DNA of 64,000 nt from Thermomicrobiales bacterium (GTDB lineage Bacteria; Chloroflexota; Chloroflexia; Thermomicrobiales; UBA6265): positions 10,507 through 74,506 of the forward strand of contig JBOGUF010000149.1 of the NCBI GenBank assembly GCA_050696075.1. The letters are read 5' to 3'. Made by a program: the position numbers and the translations under genes. Shown in pieces: positions 1 through 9,041 of the stretch. Within the stretch, counting starts at the first letter, position 1, and each line of letters starts with the position of its first letter. The notes below the pieces were generated by a model that saw nothing but the letters and a program-made list of their open reading frames with translations, searched no databases and was not told where the DNA came from.

Positions 1-487
1 ATGCGACGCGAGCCGCCGAGCGGGAGGGCGCGTCCGAGCGCCACGGCCGATTCGAGGTCGGTGTAGTCGGGATCGAGGGCGGCGGGCGAGTCGCTCCAGG
101 CGCTGCCCAGGTCGTCCGCCGGTGCGGCCGGCTCCGAGAGGATGGGTTCCGAACCGAAATTGATGACGGCGGCGCGGTCGCTTGTGCCGGCGTCCTCCAA
201 CGCCTCCTCGATCCAAGTGTTGATCTGTGAACTTGTCTGGTCGGTGATGCTGCCGGAGCGATCGACGACAAAGACGGTGCTGACCGCCCCGGCGCCAGTC
301 GTCGTCAACGGCTCGGCGAGGGTGACGACGAGAAGGGCAACAATGACGACACGAAGCATGATGACGAGCCGTGACAGATCATCCTTGCGCGCGCTGAAGA
401 GCATCGCGGCGAGCGCGAAGAGAGGCGCTGCCAGCAAGAGCCAGAGGGCGTCCGGCCGGGCGAAGGTGAGGCCGAAGAGATCATCCA
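1..487 (-). CDS. VWA domain-containing protein (BatA/BatB-like), 5-prime part only; gene continues past window start
   Basis: Not in the ORF track because it is open at the window edge. Manual reverse translation from the ATG at 487 gives MDDLFGLTFARPDALWLLLAAPLFALAAM...GAVSTVFVVDRSGSITDQ. This is a BatA-type N-terminal TM segment followed by a DxSGS MIDAS motif. ATGA overlap with the stop of 481..2505. Confidence 0.75.
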
Positions 488-2505
488 TGGGCCGTTCGTC
501 CCGTCAGCGGTGCGCGGACGCGGCGGCGACGCCGCCACGGCACGACCGTGACCAACCACTCGAGCGCCAACAGGGCCAGGGCCGCCGCGACAAGCGCCGG
601 CCACAGATCGGAGAGTGTGCTCCCGAAACCCGCTTCGTCGCCGGCTTGCGCGGTGCCCAAGATCGCCGGCAGGTCGGGGTTGGCGCGCAGATCCGACTCC
701 CAGTCGCTGCCGGCATTGACGATGAAGCGGCCACTGCCGATCTCCTGCTCGTCGGCGCCGAGCTCAACGACCCCAAACTCGCCGGGCTGACCGGTGTCGG
801 CGAAGGCAACGTCGCGCAGTGGCTCCCGCGTTGACTCAGTCTCGTTTGCCGCTGCCTCGGCCCCGGCCACCGGCTCGCCGCCGCCGATGCGGAGATCGAT
901 CGGCTCGCCCGCGGGCGGGACGAAGCGGACGACGGACGCGGCCGAGCTCGGGCGGTAGAGTAGCGGCTCACCGAGCGGGACGGAGGAGGGGAGGGGACTC
1001 GGCGCCAGATCGTTGGCGATGTTGGCCATCAGGATCGGGAAGGCGTGACGCCGCGGCATGTTCGATTTGCCGACGTCGAACGCCAGCACGACCATCGGCT
1101 CGTTCGTGCCGGGCGTCGTGCCGCGGTAGATGAGCGGTCCCTCGGCGTCGGCCACAACCACGACATCGGCCGCGTCCAGCACGTGATCGGGTGTCTCGCC
1201 GAATTGGACGCCGGAGAGTTCGACGCCGAAGAGCAGCGGGTCCTCGGCGCGGATCGTCTCGGCGGCGGGGTCGTGCAGGACGCCCTCGACTTCGAAGAAG
1301 CCGCCCTGCTGGGGATGGACAAAGAGGACCGGCGTGCTGGGCAGGCCGCTGGCCGAGGGAGTCCAACTCTCGTAGACGACGAGGTCGTAGGCGCTGCCGG
1401 CGTTTTCGGCCGCCGGGCTGTCGGTCCCTTCGACAGTCACCTGAGCGCCGGGGAGGACCGAGAGGACGCGCTGCATCGTCAGCGGCGCATCGGATACCAG
1501 GAGGATGCGGAGGGCGAGGTCGTCGTCCTTTGCCAAGACGGCGGCAGCCCGGTTGTCGGCCGGTAGGGCGTCGTCATGGTCGACCGTGATGGTGACCTCG
1601 GTGGTGCCGGCGGGGATGCTTGTCACCAACTCGATGCTCGCGCCCGGCTCGATCGTCTCTTGCCCCGACTCCACCGAGACGACGTCGGCCAAGACCTCGT
1701 AGGGAACCGTCATCGGTTGATCGGAGAAGTTCGTGACTTGGGCATACAACTCGCGCTCGGCCGGGTTGGCGGCCGAGGCGCGGGTGGAGAGATCGGTGAT
1801 GGCGACGTTCGGCGACGCGGGATTGCCGACGGTGACGAGCTCGATCGGCGCGCCGACCGCGACGACGATGCCGGGGTCGGCGGTGAGCTTGCCGTCGGAG
1901 ATGAGGACGATCTGGTCATCCAAATCGGGCAGGATCAGATCCTTGGCCAGGCCGAGGGCGGCGTTGAGGTCGGCGCGACCGCCCGGCGCCGGGAAGCGGC
2001 CGAGTTGGTCGCGTAGCGCCTTGAGGCCGGCGGCGTCGGTCGCCTCGCGCGTCGTCAGATGGGTGCCGAGGATGAGGAGTGTTGCCACGTCGCCCTCGCG
2101 CAGGTCGTTGAGACGCGAGACAGCCTCGTCGCGGGCGGCCTCGTAGCGGGTGCGGGCGCCGTCGGCGTCGCGGGCGGTCATGCTCGTCGAGCCGTCGAGG
2201 AGGAGGATCAGGTGGCGCGGCTCGGTGCGCTGGCCGATCCCGGCCAAGACGGACGAGGTGACGGGGCGGGCGAGGGCGAACCCGATCGCGGCGACGATGA
2301 GCAGGTGGAGCAGGAGTAGGAGGCTCAGCGGCGGCCGGCGGAAGCGGGCCTCCTCTTGTTGCTCACGAATGGCGACCAGCCAGAAGCGAAGCGTCGGCAC
2401 GGGAAAGCGGTGCGGCGTGGTGTGCCGCATGTGAAACAGGATCACGAGCGGCAAGCCGACGAGCGCGGCCAAGCCCAGAGGGGCGAGCAGATCGATGCCG
2501 CTCAT
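481..2505 (-). CDS. VWA domain-containing protein (BatA-like N-terminal TM domain)
   Basis: 674-aa ORF with an N-terminal TM helix (LLAPLGLAALVGLPLVILFHMRH) and the VWA MIDAS motif LLLDGSTSM. ATGA start/stop overlap with the DUF58 gene. Confidence 0.85.
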   Translation of the reverse strand: MSGIDLLAPLGLAALVGLPLVILFHMRHTTPHRFPVPTLRFWLVAIREQQEEARFRRPPLSLLLLLHLLIVAAIGFALARPVTSSVLAGIGQRTEPRHLILLLDGSTSMTARDADGARTRYEAARDEAVSRLNDLREGDVATLLILGTHLTTREATDAAGLKALRDQLGRFPAPGGRADLNAALGLAKDLILPDLDDQIVLISDGKLTADPGIVVAVGAPIELVTVGNPASPNVAITDLSTRASAANPAERELYAQVTNFSDQPMTVPYEVLADVVSVESGQETIEPGASIELVTSIPAGTTEVTITVDHDDALPADNRAAAVLAKDDDLALRILLVSDAPLTMQRVLSVLPGAQVTVEGTDSPAAENAGSAYDLVVYESWTPSASGLPSTPVLFVHPQQGGFFEVEGVLHDPAAETIRAEDPLLFGVELSGVQFGETPDHVLDAADVVVVADAEGPLIYRGTTPGTNEPMVVLAFDVGKSNMPRRHAFPILMANIANDLAPSPLPSSVPLGEPLLYRPSSAASVVRFVPPAGEPIDLRIGGGEPVAGAEAAANETESTREPLRDVAFADTGQPGEFGVVELGADEQEIGSGRFIVNAGSDWESDLRANPDLPAILGTAQAGDEAGFGSTLSDLWPALVAAALALLALEWLVTVVPWRRRRRVRAPLTGRTAHG

Positions 2506-3509
2506 TCGATCAGCCCCTTCCCGTGCAGCAACCGGAGGACGATCGATTCGATCGGCCAGTTGGTCTGGAGGCGGAGGTAATCGACGTGCTCCGCGTTGCA
2601 GGCATGCTCGATCTCCGTCAGCCAGGCGCCAACCGCCTCCTCATATCGCTCCAGTACCCGCGTTGTTGGGGTCAGGCGCAGCCGGTCGCCAAGCTCGACC
2701 TCGATCAGCTCGGTTTGTTGCGGCCGGCCACCGAGACTGCTGGCGACGACGGACGCGGGAGACAATTCGGCCTCGTCGACGACGTGGAGCACGACCGTCT
2801 GCCAGCCGCGGCCGCGCAAGAGCAGCAAACTGTCCTCGATCTGTCCGGGATCGCCGGAGAGGAGGTCGGAGATCAGCAGCAGGATGCCGGGCCGGCGGCG
2901 GGCGCGCACGTACCGCTCGAGTGCCGCTGGCAGGTCGGTTTCGCCGAGCGGTTCGAGGCGGGTGAGATAGGTCAGCATCGGGACAACGTGCGCTCGTCCA
3001 TGAGATGGCCCGAAGGGTTGGCCAAGCTCGCGGCCGAAGGGGGTGATCACGACGCGGTCGAAATGCCACAGCGAGACATAACAGAGCGCGCCGGCGAGTT
3101 TCTGGGCATACCGGAGCTTCGTGGGGGTTTCCTCTTCGCCGCGCCAGTCCATCGAGTTGCTCGCGTCGAGCAGGACGTGGACGGTGAGCTCGGTGGTGAT
3201 CTCGCTGAGGCGGATGAAGACCTCGTCGAGGCGGGCGTAGAGGTTCCAGTCGATGCGGCGGTAGTCGTCGCCCTGACTGTAGCTCTTGAAGTCGGAGAAC
3301 TCGGGTGCGGAGCCGCGCCGCTTCGAGCGATGCTCACCGGTCAGGCCCTCGGCGATCGTGCGGCTGGAGACGACCGTCATCCGGCGCAGCCGCGCCAAGA
3401 GTTCTTCGGTGAAGAGCGGGGCTTCCCCGTGAGTGGACAGATTGCGCGTGCCACGGCCGTTGGCGGCCGACGGGCGGAGGCGGCCGAGGGTGGGGAGGGT
3501 CAGGCGCAT
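2502..3509 (-). CDS. DUF58 domain-containing protein
   Basis: Only the C-terminal 335 aa of the 818-aa track ORF. Start is the ATG at 3509 (MRLTLPTLGRL). EFSDFKSYSQGDDYRRIDWNLYAR and VLLDASNSM are typical of DUF58 proteins in MoxR/VWA clusters. Confidence 0.85.
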   Translation of the reverse strand: MRLTLPTLGRLRPSAANGRGTRNLSTHGEAPLFTEELLARLRRMTVVSSRTIAEGLTGEHRSKRRGSAPEFSDFKSYSQGDDYRRIDWNLYARLDEVFIRLSEITTELTVHVLLDASNSMDWRGEEETPTKLRYAQKLAGALCYVSLWHFDRVVITPFGRELGQPFGPSHGRAHVVPMLTYLTRLEPLGETDLPAALERYVRARRRPGILLLISDLLSGDPGQIEDSLLLLRGRGWQTVVLHVVDEAELSPASVVASSLGGRPQQTELIEVELGDRLRLTPTTRVLERYEEAVGAWLTEIEHACNAEHVDYLRLQTNWPIESIVLRLLHGKGLIE

Positions 3510-3564
3510 GGGGACCCTCCAGGCGGCGCCCCGACACGACGATTGACACGGCAAGCCATCTCCA

Positions 3565-5568
3565 TCACGAGTCACCGTCCGGGTCGGAGAAGTAGTCCTC
3601 AACGATGCCGCGGTAGGCGGGTGGGACACGGTTGCTGTCGGGGCCGGCCTCGTCGACCTCGCCCTGGACGGTGGCGCCGCTGCCCGCGGTGACGCCGGCG
3701 CCGGAGCCGAGGCTGGAGGTGCCGCTATTGCCACTGGTGCGGACGCTGCCCCCATCCGGACCCTCGTTGAGCTGGAGGGAGGAACTGGCGTCGGCGGTCG
3801 AATCCTGGCCTTCGCCTTCGCCGGGCTGCCGCGCGGAGACGTTCTCCTCCGACGGCGCGCCTTCGCCCCCCTCTCCGGTTTCCTGACGGCTCGTGCCGCT
3901 CGGGTCGTCGGAGGGCTGGCCACTGCCGGAGCCGGCGCCGGCGCCCTGTTGCGACTGCGCCTCCTCGGCGCCGGTGGCGCTGCTTTGGTCGCCGGCGGGC
4001 GGGCCCCCTGGACCCTCTTGACCACCCGGCTGGCCGACTTGGTCGTCCGGATTCCCGGCCTGTGCGCCCTGGCCGCCCTCGGCTTGCTCGCCCGGTATCT
4101 GGCCATCGCCCGGTTCCTGAGCAGAGGCGCCCGGCTCTCCCGAACCTTGTTGCTGCCCATCACCGGATTGGGCCTCGGCGCCAGAACCGGTGTCACCTGA
4201 TTGTGCCTGTTGAGCGGTCTGATCGGCGGCCTGGCCCTCTTGTCCGGGCTGGCCGTCTTGTTGGGCGCCCGGGTCCTGCTGAGCGGCATCGCTGCCGCCG
4301 GAGGGTGGGCTGTCGCCGTGCGTGGCTTGGGCCTGTTCCATCCGCTCGTTGAGCTCCTGCTGGGGGACCACCTGCTCGCCGGTGCGTTCGACCTCGTCGC
4401 CGAGCTGCCGCACGCCCTCCTGCGCCGGCGTGTCGCCCTGGCGCAGGCCATCGGCGGCCTGGTTGGTGGCGTCGGTGAGGTCCTGGCTGCCCGGCGACAT
4501 TTGCGACGCCGCCGCTTCCAGGTCCTGCGCCATGCCTTCGCGGGCCGACGGGGAGAGGTCGCCGGTGCGCTCGGAGAGGTCGCGCAGCTCGTTGGCGGCC
4601 GATTCATAGTCGCCCTGCTCGATCGCTTCGGCGGCGGCGCGAGTGACCGAGTGGTCGTTGAGCGCCTCGCCGAGGTGGTCGAGGTCCTGCCGTGCTTCGT
4701 TGGAGCGTTCGGCGGTTTGCTCGACCTCAGCCACGGTCGGCACGTTTGCCGGATCGACCTCGGCGGCGGCCTGGGCCGCGGCCTCGGCTTGCTGCTCGAA
4801 GCGCTCGACGGCGGGGACGAAGCGGGGCACCCCGGCGTTGGAGACATCCGGTACGACGCCGCCGACGCCGCGCAGGAAGTAGAGCGAGGCCAGGAGCAGC
4901 CCGACCGCGACGGCGAGGACAAGTTCCCGGACAGGCAGCCGGATGCGGAAGGCGGCATGGCGTCGCACCTCGGTGACGACGTTCGCCGCGTCGGCCATCT
5001 GAAGGTAGACGACCGAGGCGCGCTCGCCGTCGCGCGGTACGGCGCGGCCGAGATTCTCGACCGCGGTCGAGACGCGCTCGTGGAGGGCGAAGGAGCGGTC
5101 GAGCATCCGCGCCACCTGGTGGCGGGTGGGGCGGGAGAGGAAGGCCAGGATGACGCCGGGAATGGCGAGCGCGACGACGAGCACGATCAGCGCGTCGACG
5201 TCGAGCGCGGGGCCGCCGGCGAGCTCGACGAGGAGCCAAACGCACCCGGCGAGCAACCCGAGCCAGGAGGCGCGGGCGATGAATGTGAAGGCGCGTTGGA
5301 GCCAGATGCGGCGCGCGATCTGCCTTGTCATCCGGGCGACCTGCTCGCCCGCGAGTCCGGCGGCCTGCACCGGCGCATCCCGCGCTGGCAGTTGCGGCGG
5401 CGGCATGTCGGAACCGAGCCAGTAGGGCAGCCAAACGATCCGCCAGAGCAAGCGCCACCGCTCGTGACGGGTCAGCGGCGGCCGGGCGGCCGCTTCCCGC
5501 CATGCCGCGACGCGCGGCCGGACATCAAAGGGGGTCTGGGTTCGTGGGAGCGAGAGACGGGTAGCCAT
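3565..5568 (-). CDS. membrane protein with long Gln/Gly/Glu/Asp-rich low-complexity region
   Basis: 667-aa ORF with several N-terminal TM helices. About 250 aa of QGEDA-rich sequence follow, then a C-terminal VPPAYRGIVEDYFS motif. Position upstream of DUF58/VWA genes fits a Bat-like cluster. Confidence 0.7.
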   Translation of the reverse strand: MATRLSLPRTQTPFDVRPRVAAWREAAARPPLTRHERWRLLWRIVWLPYWLGSDMPPPQLPARDAPVQAAGLAGEQVARMTRQIARRIWLQRAFTFIARASWLGLLAGCVWLLVELAGGPALDVDALIVLVVALAIPGVILAFLSRPTRHQVARMLDRSFALHERVSTAVENLGRAVPRDGERASVVYLQMADAANVVTEVRRHAAFRIRLPVRELVLAVAVGLLLASLYFLRGVGGVVPDVSNAGVPRFVPAVERFEQQAEAAAQAAAEVDPANVPTVAEVEQTAERSNEARQDLDHLGEALNDHSVTRAAAEAIEQGDYESAANELRDLSERTGDLSPSAREGMAQDLEAAASQMSPGSQDLTDATNQAADGLRQGDTPAQEGVRQLGDEVERTGEQVVPQQELNERMEQAQATHGDSPPSGGSDAAQQDPGAQQDGQPGQEGQAADQTAQQAQSGDTGSGAEAQSGDGQQQGSGEPGASAQEPGDGQIPGEQAEGGQGAQAGNPDDQVGQPGGQEGPGGPPAGDQSSATGAEEAQSQQGAGAGSGSGQPSDDPSGTSRQETGEGGEGAPSEENVSARQPGEGEGQDSTADASSSLQLNEGPDGGSVRTSGNSGTSSLGSGAGVTAGSGATVQGEVDEAGPDSNRVPPAYRGIVEDYFSDPDGDS

Positions 5569-5581
5569 ATCGCGAAAGCCT

Positions 5582-5719
5582 CTAGCTGCTAGCTGCTAGC
5601 AACGAGTCGATCATCGAGACACAGATGCTGACCGCTTTGCCTACCCTTACGCTTGAAGTGCTCATGTGGTTCCCCGGTTCCGTGTGGCTAGCAGCTCGTG
5701 GCTAGCAGCTAGCGGCTAA
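5582..5719. repeat. inverted tandem-heptamer arrays (TAGCTGC units) flanking an ~85-bp spacer
   Basis: Left arm ctagctgctagctgctagc (5582-5600). Right arm ggctagcagctcgtggctagcagctagcggctaa (5686-5719). At least 12 bp are perfectly complementary. The right arm contains the TAG stop of 5716..7236. Confidence 0.8.
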
Positions 5720-7236
5720 TCCCAGGCCAGTTCCGAGCGGCCGCGGGCCCAGAGCCAGAGGCCGAGCCAGGCGATTGTGAGGGCGGCGAGGGCGCCCAGC
5801 ATCATGACGATGCGCCGCTGCCGGCTGTCGAGGTCGGCGAGCAGCGAGCGGGCCTGCGCGGTCATCTCCTCATCGCCGAGGCTGGCGTAGGTCGTGCCGG
5901 CTTGCAGGGCAGCGGCGCGGGCCTCCGGGTAGTCGCCCCAGCGGTGAGAGCGGGCGATCGCCTCGTCAAGCCGCGCGCCAGCGGCGACGCCGTCCGCGGC
6001 GAGGGTTTCGTAGGTGGTAATCAACTCGGTGGGGCGTTGGTCGACCGGCAGCTTCTCGTACTGGGAGACGGCCTGGATGAGGAGTGACGCGGCGCGATCG
6101 TAGGTATGGTGATCGAGCGCCTGTTGCACCTGGGTCATGAGTTGCTCGGCCTGGAGGCCGGTGTCGCATTGGGTCAGGAGGTCTTCGACTTCGGTCAGGC
6201 GTTCAGCGTCGCCGAGTTCGGAGAAGAGCTGCTGCGAGCCTTCAAGCGCCTGCTTGGCGGCGGCGTAGTTGCCCCGCGTCAGCAGGTTGCGCGCCGGTTC
6301 GAGGTCGAATCCGGCGACCAAATTGTCTTTCCACTCGCCGGCGACCCAGCGGGGAATGCTCTCCCGCCACTGCTTCTCAATATCCTCTGCTTCGCGGCCG
6401 TAGGTCTGCTCCAGCGCCTCGCGCCAGTCGGGTGCGGTGCGCAGGGTCGTCAGGAAGGTCTGGAGTTGCGGCAGGCGATACCGCGAGATCAGGAACGCGA
6501 CGACCGCGTAGGACTGACCGGCGATCAGGTTGTCGTCGTCGATGACCGGTGTCGGCCGGTTGAGATCGGACCAGGAGAGGAGGGGGCCGCTTTGGTTGGC
6601 TCCTTGGACGTCGGCGGCGTAGCGTGCGAGGCGCGCATTGACCGGCCGCTCCATATAGAGCGCGATCCCCTCGTCGAAGCCGCGGGGAATGGCGAAGTTG
6701 GAGGCGATGCCGGTCAGGATGTGGGAGACGGCGTGGCGCAGGGCGTTCTCCGCCTCGAGCGGCGTGCGGGCGCCGAAGCGGGAGTAGGCGATCGAGATCT
6801 CGTTCGCCGGCGGGTCGGCGACGGCCTCGACCCCTGGCATCTCGAACCGACCGGTCGCGGCGACGGCGGCGTCGAAGGCGGCCGTGTCGGCGTAGACGTA
6901 GACGGCGATCTTGTCGGCCGGCTGGACGGCAAAGACGACGCTCAACTCGGAGAGGGCGCGCTCGGCCGGATCCTGGTAGGTCCCGACGAAGGCGTCAGCG
7001 GTGAGGTGCTCGTTGGGTTGGACGTAAAAACGGAAGTGCTCGGTTTCGACCAGTGGCCAGTCGGACGGTTGGCCAGCCTCACCGGCTGGACCTGCCTGGT
7101 CAACCTGGCCAGCCAGCGGCGCGGCGGCGGCCGGCATAGTCGGCGCGAAGGTGAGCAGGACCAAGCCGAGCGTGGTGAGGAGCAGGGCACGCCGAAGGAT
7201 GGGGGGGGAGGGGGAGCGGTAAGAAGCGTAACCCAT
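5716..7236 (-). CDS. secreted/membrane-anchored protein with degenerate peptidase-MA-like domain and TPR-like C-terminal region
   Basis: 506-aa ORF with a signal-like N-terminus and a C-terminal TM helix. RHAVSHIL...GFDEGIALYME resembles the peptidase_MA_2 HExxH...EGxA pattern, but the Glu is replaced (HAVSH). Confidence 0.6.
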   Translation of the reverse strand: MGYASYRSPSPPILRRALLLTTLGLVLLTFAPTMPAAAAPLAGQVDQAGPAGEAGQPSDWPLVETEHFRFYVQPNEHLTADAFVGTYQDPAERALSELSVVFAVQPADKIAVYVYADTAAFDAAVAATGRFEMPGVEAVADPPANEISIAYSRFGARTPLEAENALRHAVSHILTGIASNFAIPRGFDEGIALYMERPVNARLARYAADVQGANQSGPLLSWSDLNRPTPVIDDDNLIAGQSYAVVAFLISRYRLPQLQTFLTTLRTAPDWREALEQTYGREAEDIEKQWRESIPRWVAGEWKDNLVAGFDLEPARNLLTRGNYAAAKQALEGSQQLFSELGDAERLTEVEDLLTQCDTGLQAEQLMTQVQQALDHHTYDRAASLLIQAVSQYEKLPVDQRPTELITTYETLAADGVAAGARLDEAIARSHRWGDYPEARAAALQAGTTYASLGDEEMTAQARSLLADLDSRQRRIVMMLGALAALTIAWLGLWLWARGRSELAWD

Positions 7237-7523
7237 CGGCGCAAGCCCTTCCGACGTCAGGCGTCAATGGAAGCGACCCGGGCTGGCCGGTCGACACGGA
7301 AACGGACACACCAGATATGCGAAGGAGTGCGTGAGACCGGCAGCCCCTCCGCCACCGCTGCAAGCGCATTTCCTTTGCCTACATGTTTCATTGTACGCCA
7401 TCCGCACGAATAGCCGTCGGCCAACCGAACCCAATCCGGTCTCCACTGGTTCGATCATCGCGCACCGCTGGGGGTTTGCACATCGGCAGGAATACGTAAA
7501 GTAGCCGGCGCGACTGTGCGTAG

Positions 7524-7560
7524 GCGGCAAGGCGGCAAGGCGTCAAGGCGGCAAGGCGTT
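7524..7560. repeat. tandem octamer array (GGCGGCAA x ~4.5)
   Basis: ggcggcaaggcggcaaggcgtcaaggcggcaaggcgtta read directly. No inverted partner seen nearby. Confidence 0.7.
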
Positions 7561-7611
7561 AGGGATGGCGAGCGGGCGAGTCGCCGCCTCGCCCAGTACC
7601 GAATCATCGCG

Positions 7612-8007
7612 CTATCGCCGCCAGAAGGCCCACCAGGGGCGGTCGGAGGTGGGTTCGGGGAGGGAGGCGGCGAGGTGGTCGCGGAGGTCGGCGAAGGGGA
7701 AGAGGTCGCGACGGCGGTCGCGCTCGTGCTCGAAGGCGGCGATGCGTTGGGCGAGGGTGGCGGTGTCGGCTTCGATCCAGCCCATGTCGAAGTCGCTCCA
7801 CTTCTTGTCGAGGGTAAGGATGGCGGCGAGGGTGTCGTTCTCGCGCTCGTCGGCGCTCTCCAACGCTAGCGCGTAGGCGCGTTGGTCGTGCTCCAGGTCG
7901 GCGCGCACCTCGGCGGCGACCTCAGTAACCGTTTTGCCGCGGTAGTCGGGATGCCACGTCAGGCGCTCGTTCATCGCGCCGGTAGTCGGTTCGCTGGCTT
8001 CTCCCAT
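7612..8007 (-). CDS. hypothetical protein
   Basis: 131-aa ORF with protein-like composition. No family recognised. Confidence 0.55.
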   Translation of the reverse strand: MGEASEPTTGAMNERLTWHPDYRGKTVTEVAAEVRADLEHDQRAYALALESADERENDTLAAILTLDKKWSDFDMGWIEADTATLAQRIAAFEHERDRRRDLFPFADLRDHLAASLPEPTSDRPWWAFWRR

Positions 8008-8054
8008 AGCTCACCCCTCCTTGCCCATACCAGGCGTCGGCATGGTTTCGGCCC

Positions 8055-9041
8055 CTAGTATGAAGGAACGGAGAGGAAGGCGATGACCTCATGGAGCAGT
8101 TGGGAACGGCCGCGCTCGTGCCGGTCGTTGAACAGATAGTGCGTGCCGTCCGGGATGGTGACGCTCCGCACCCGTTGGGCGTTGACCAGATCCTGTTCGA
8201 GCGCCGTTATGTCCACGGGGCGGGACCAGAAGTCGCGCTCGCCGCGCACGATGAGGGTGGCGGCGCGGATGTCTGCCGCGTCCCACTCTTTCCGTCCGCG
8301 CGTCAACTCGTAGCTCTCGCGTTGGAATCCAGTCGGGACGCGCATACTCGGTGGATTCCGCGTCTGGCTCGTCGGGTCACTGGCCAGCGCTTCGCGGGCG
8401 TAGGCGTCGGCGACGCGCGGGTCGCGCCATTCAGTCTTGTCCTCGACTGGGATCGTGCGATCCCACGAGGCGAGCAGACTCTCCGCCGTGCGGAGTCCGT
8501 AGGCGCCGATGGCGCGGTCGAACTCGCCGGGGCGATCCGAGGCCTCGAACCACGCCGCGATCGGCCAGGCTGCTTCGATGCCATAGATTGTGTTGAGCAG
8601 CACGAGGTGGCTGATGCGGTCGTTGTGTCCGGCCGCGTAGGCGGCGGCCCAATGCCCACCGGAGGCCCAGCCGAGGATCGCGACCCGTTCCACGTTGCGT
8701 CGTTCCCGGATGGTGTCGACGACCGCGCCAATGTCGCGCGCGGCTTCGGCGCAGCGCACGGCGGGCGGGTTGTCGGCAGCGGGCGCATCGAGGGCCGGGG
8801 GGCGTGTCGACCCACTCCAACCGCGCACATCACTGACGTAGACCGCGTGCCCGGCCATCGCGAGGTCGTGGGCAAGCGAGTAGCCAGGCACGGGCAGATC
8901 GAACGACGCGAGTCCGCCCGGCCCACCGCCGTGAACGAGAAGCAGCGGCGGTAGGTCGGCGGAGGCGCTGGCCGGTTTGATCTCGCGTACGAAGATGCTG
9001 ATGCCGGGTTCGCTGGTCGCGAAAAGGTCGGTTCGATCCAT
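8055..9041 (-). CDS. alpha/beta hydrolase
   Basis: 328 aa. LLLVHGGGPGG oxyanion region and the nucleophile elbow GWASGG. Start abuts the stop of the LuxR gene. Confidence 0.85.
   Translation of the reverse strand: MDRTDLFATSEPGISIFVREIKPASASADLPPLLLVHGGGPGGLASFDLPVPGYSLAHDLAMAGHAVYVSDVRGWSGSTRPPALDAPAADNPPAVRCAEAARDIGAVVDTIRERRNVERVAILGWASGGHWAAAYAAGHNDRISHLVLLNTIYGIEAAWPIAAWFEASDRPGEFDRAIGAYGLRTAESLLASWDRTIPVEDKTEWRDPRVADAYAREALASDPTSQTRNPPSMRVPTGFQRESYELTRGRKEWDAADIRAATLIVRGERDFWSRPVDITALEQDLVNAQRVRSVTIPDGTHYLFNDRHERGRSQLLHEVIAFLSVPSY

Noticed and set aside
3510-4958. N-terminal two-thirds of the 818-aa track ORF 2502..4958
   Set aside because: Alternate-frame shadow over the 3565..5568 gene (Pro/Arg/Ser/Ala-rich). 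Only the part from the ATG at 3509 is DUF58.
4201-7413. Plus-strand ORFs 4201..5592 and 6106..7413
   Set aside because: Antisense shadows of the 667-aa and 506-aa minus-strand genes.
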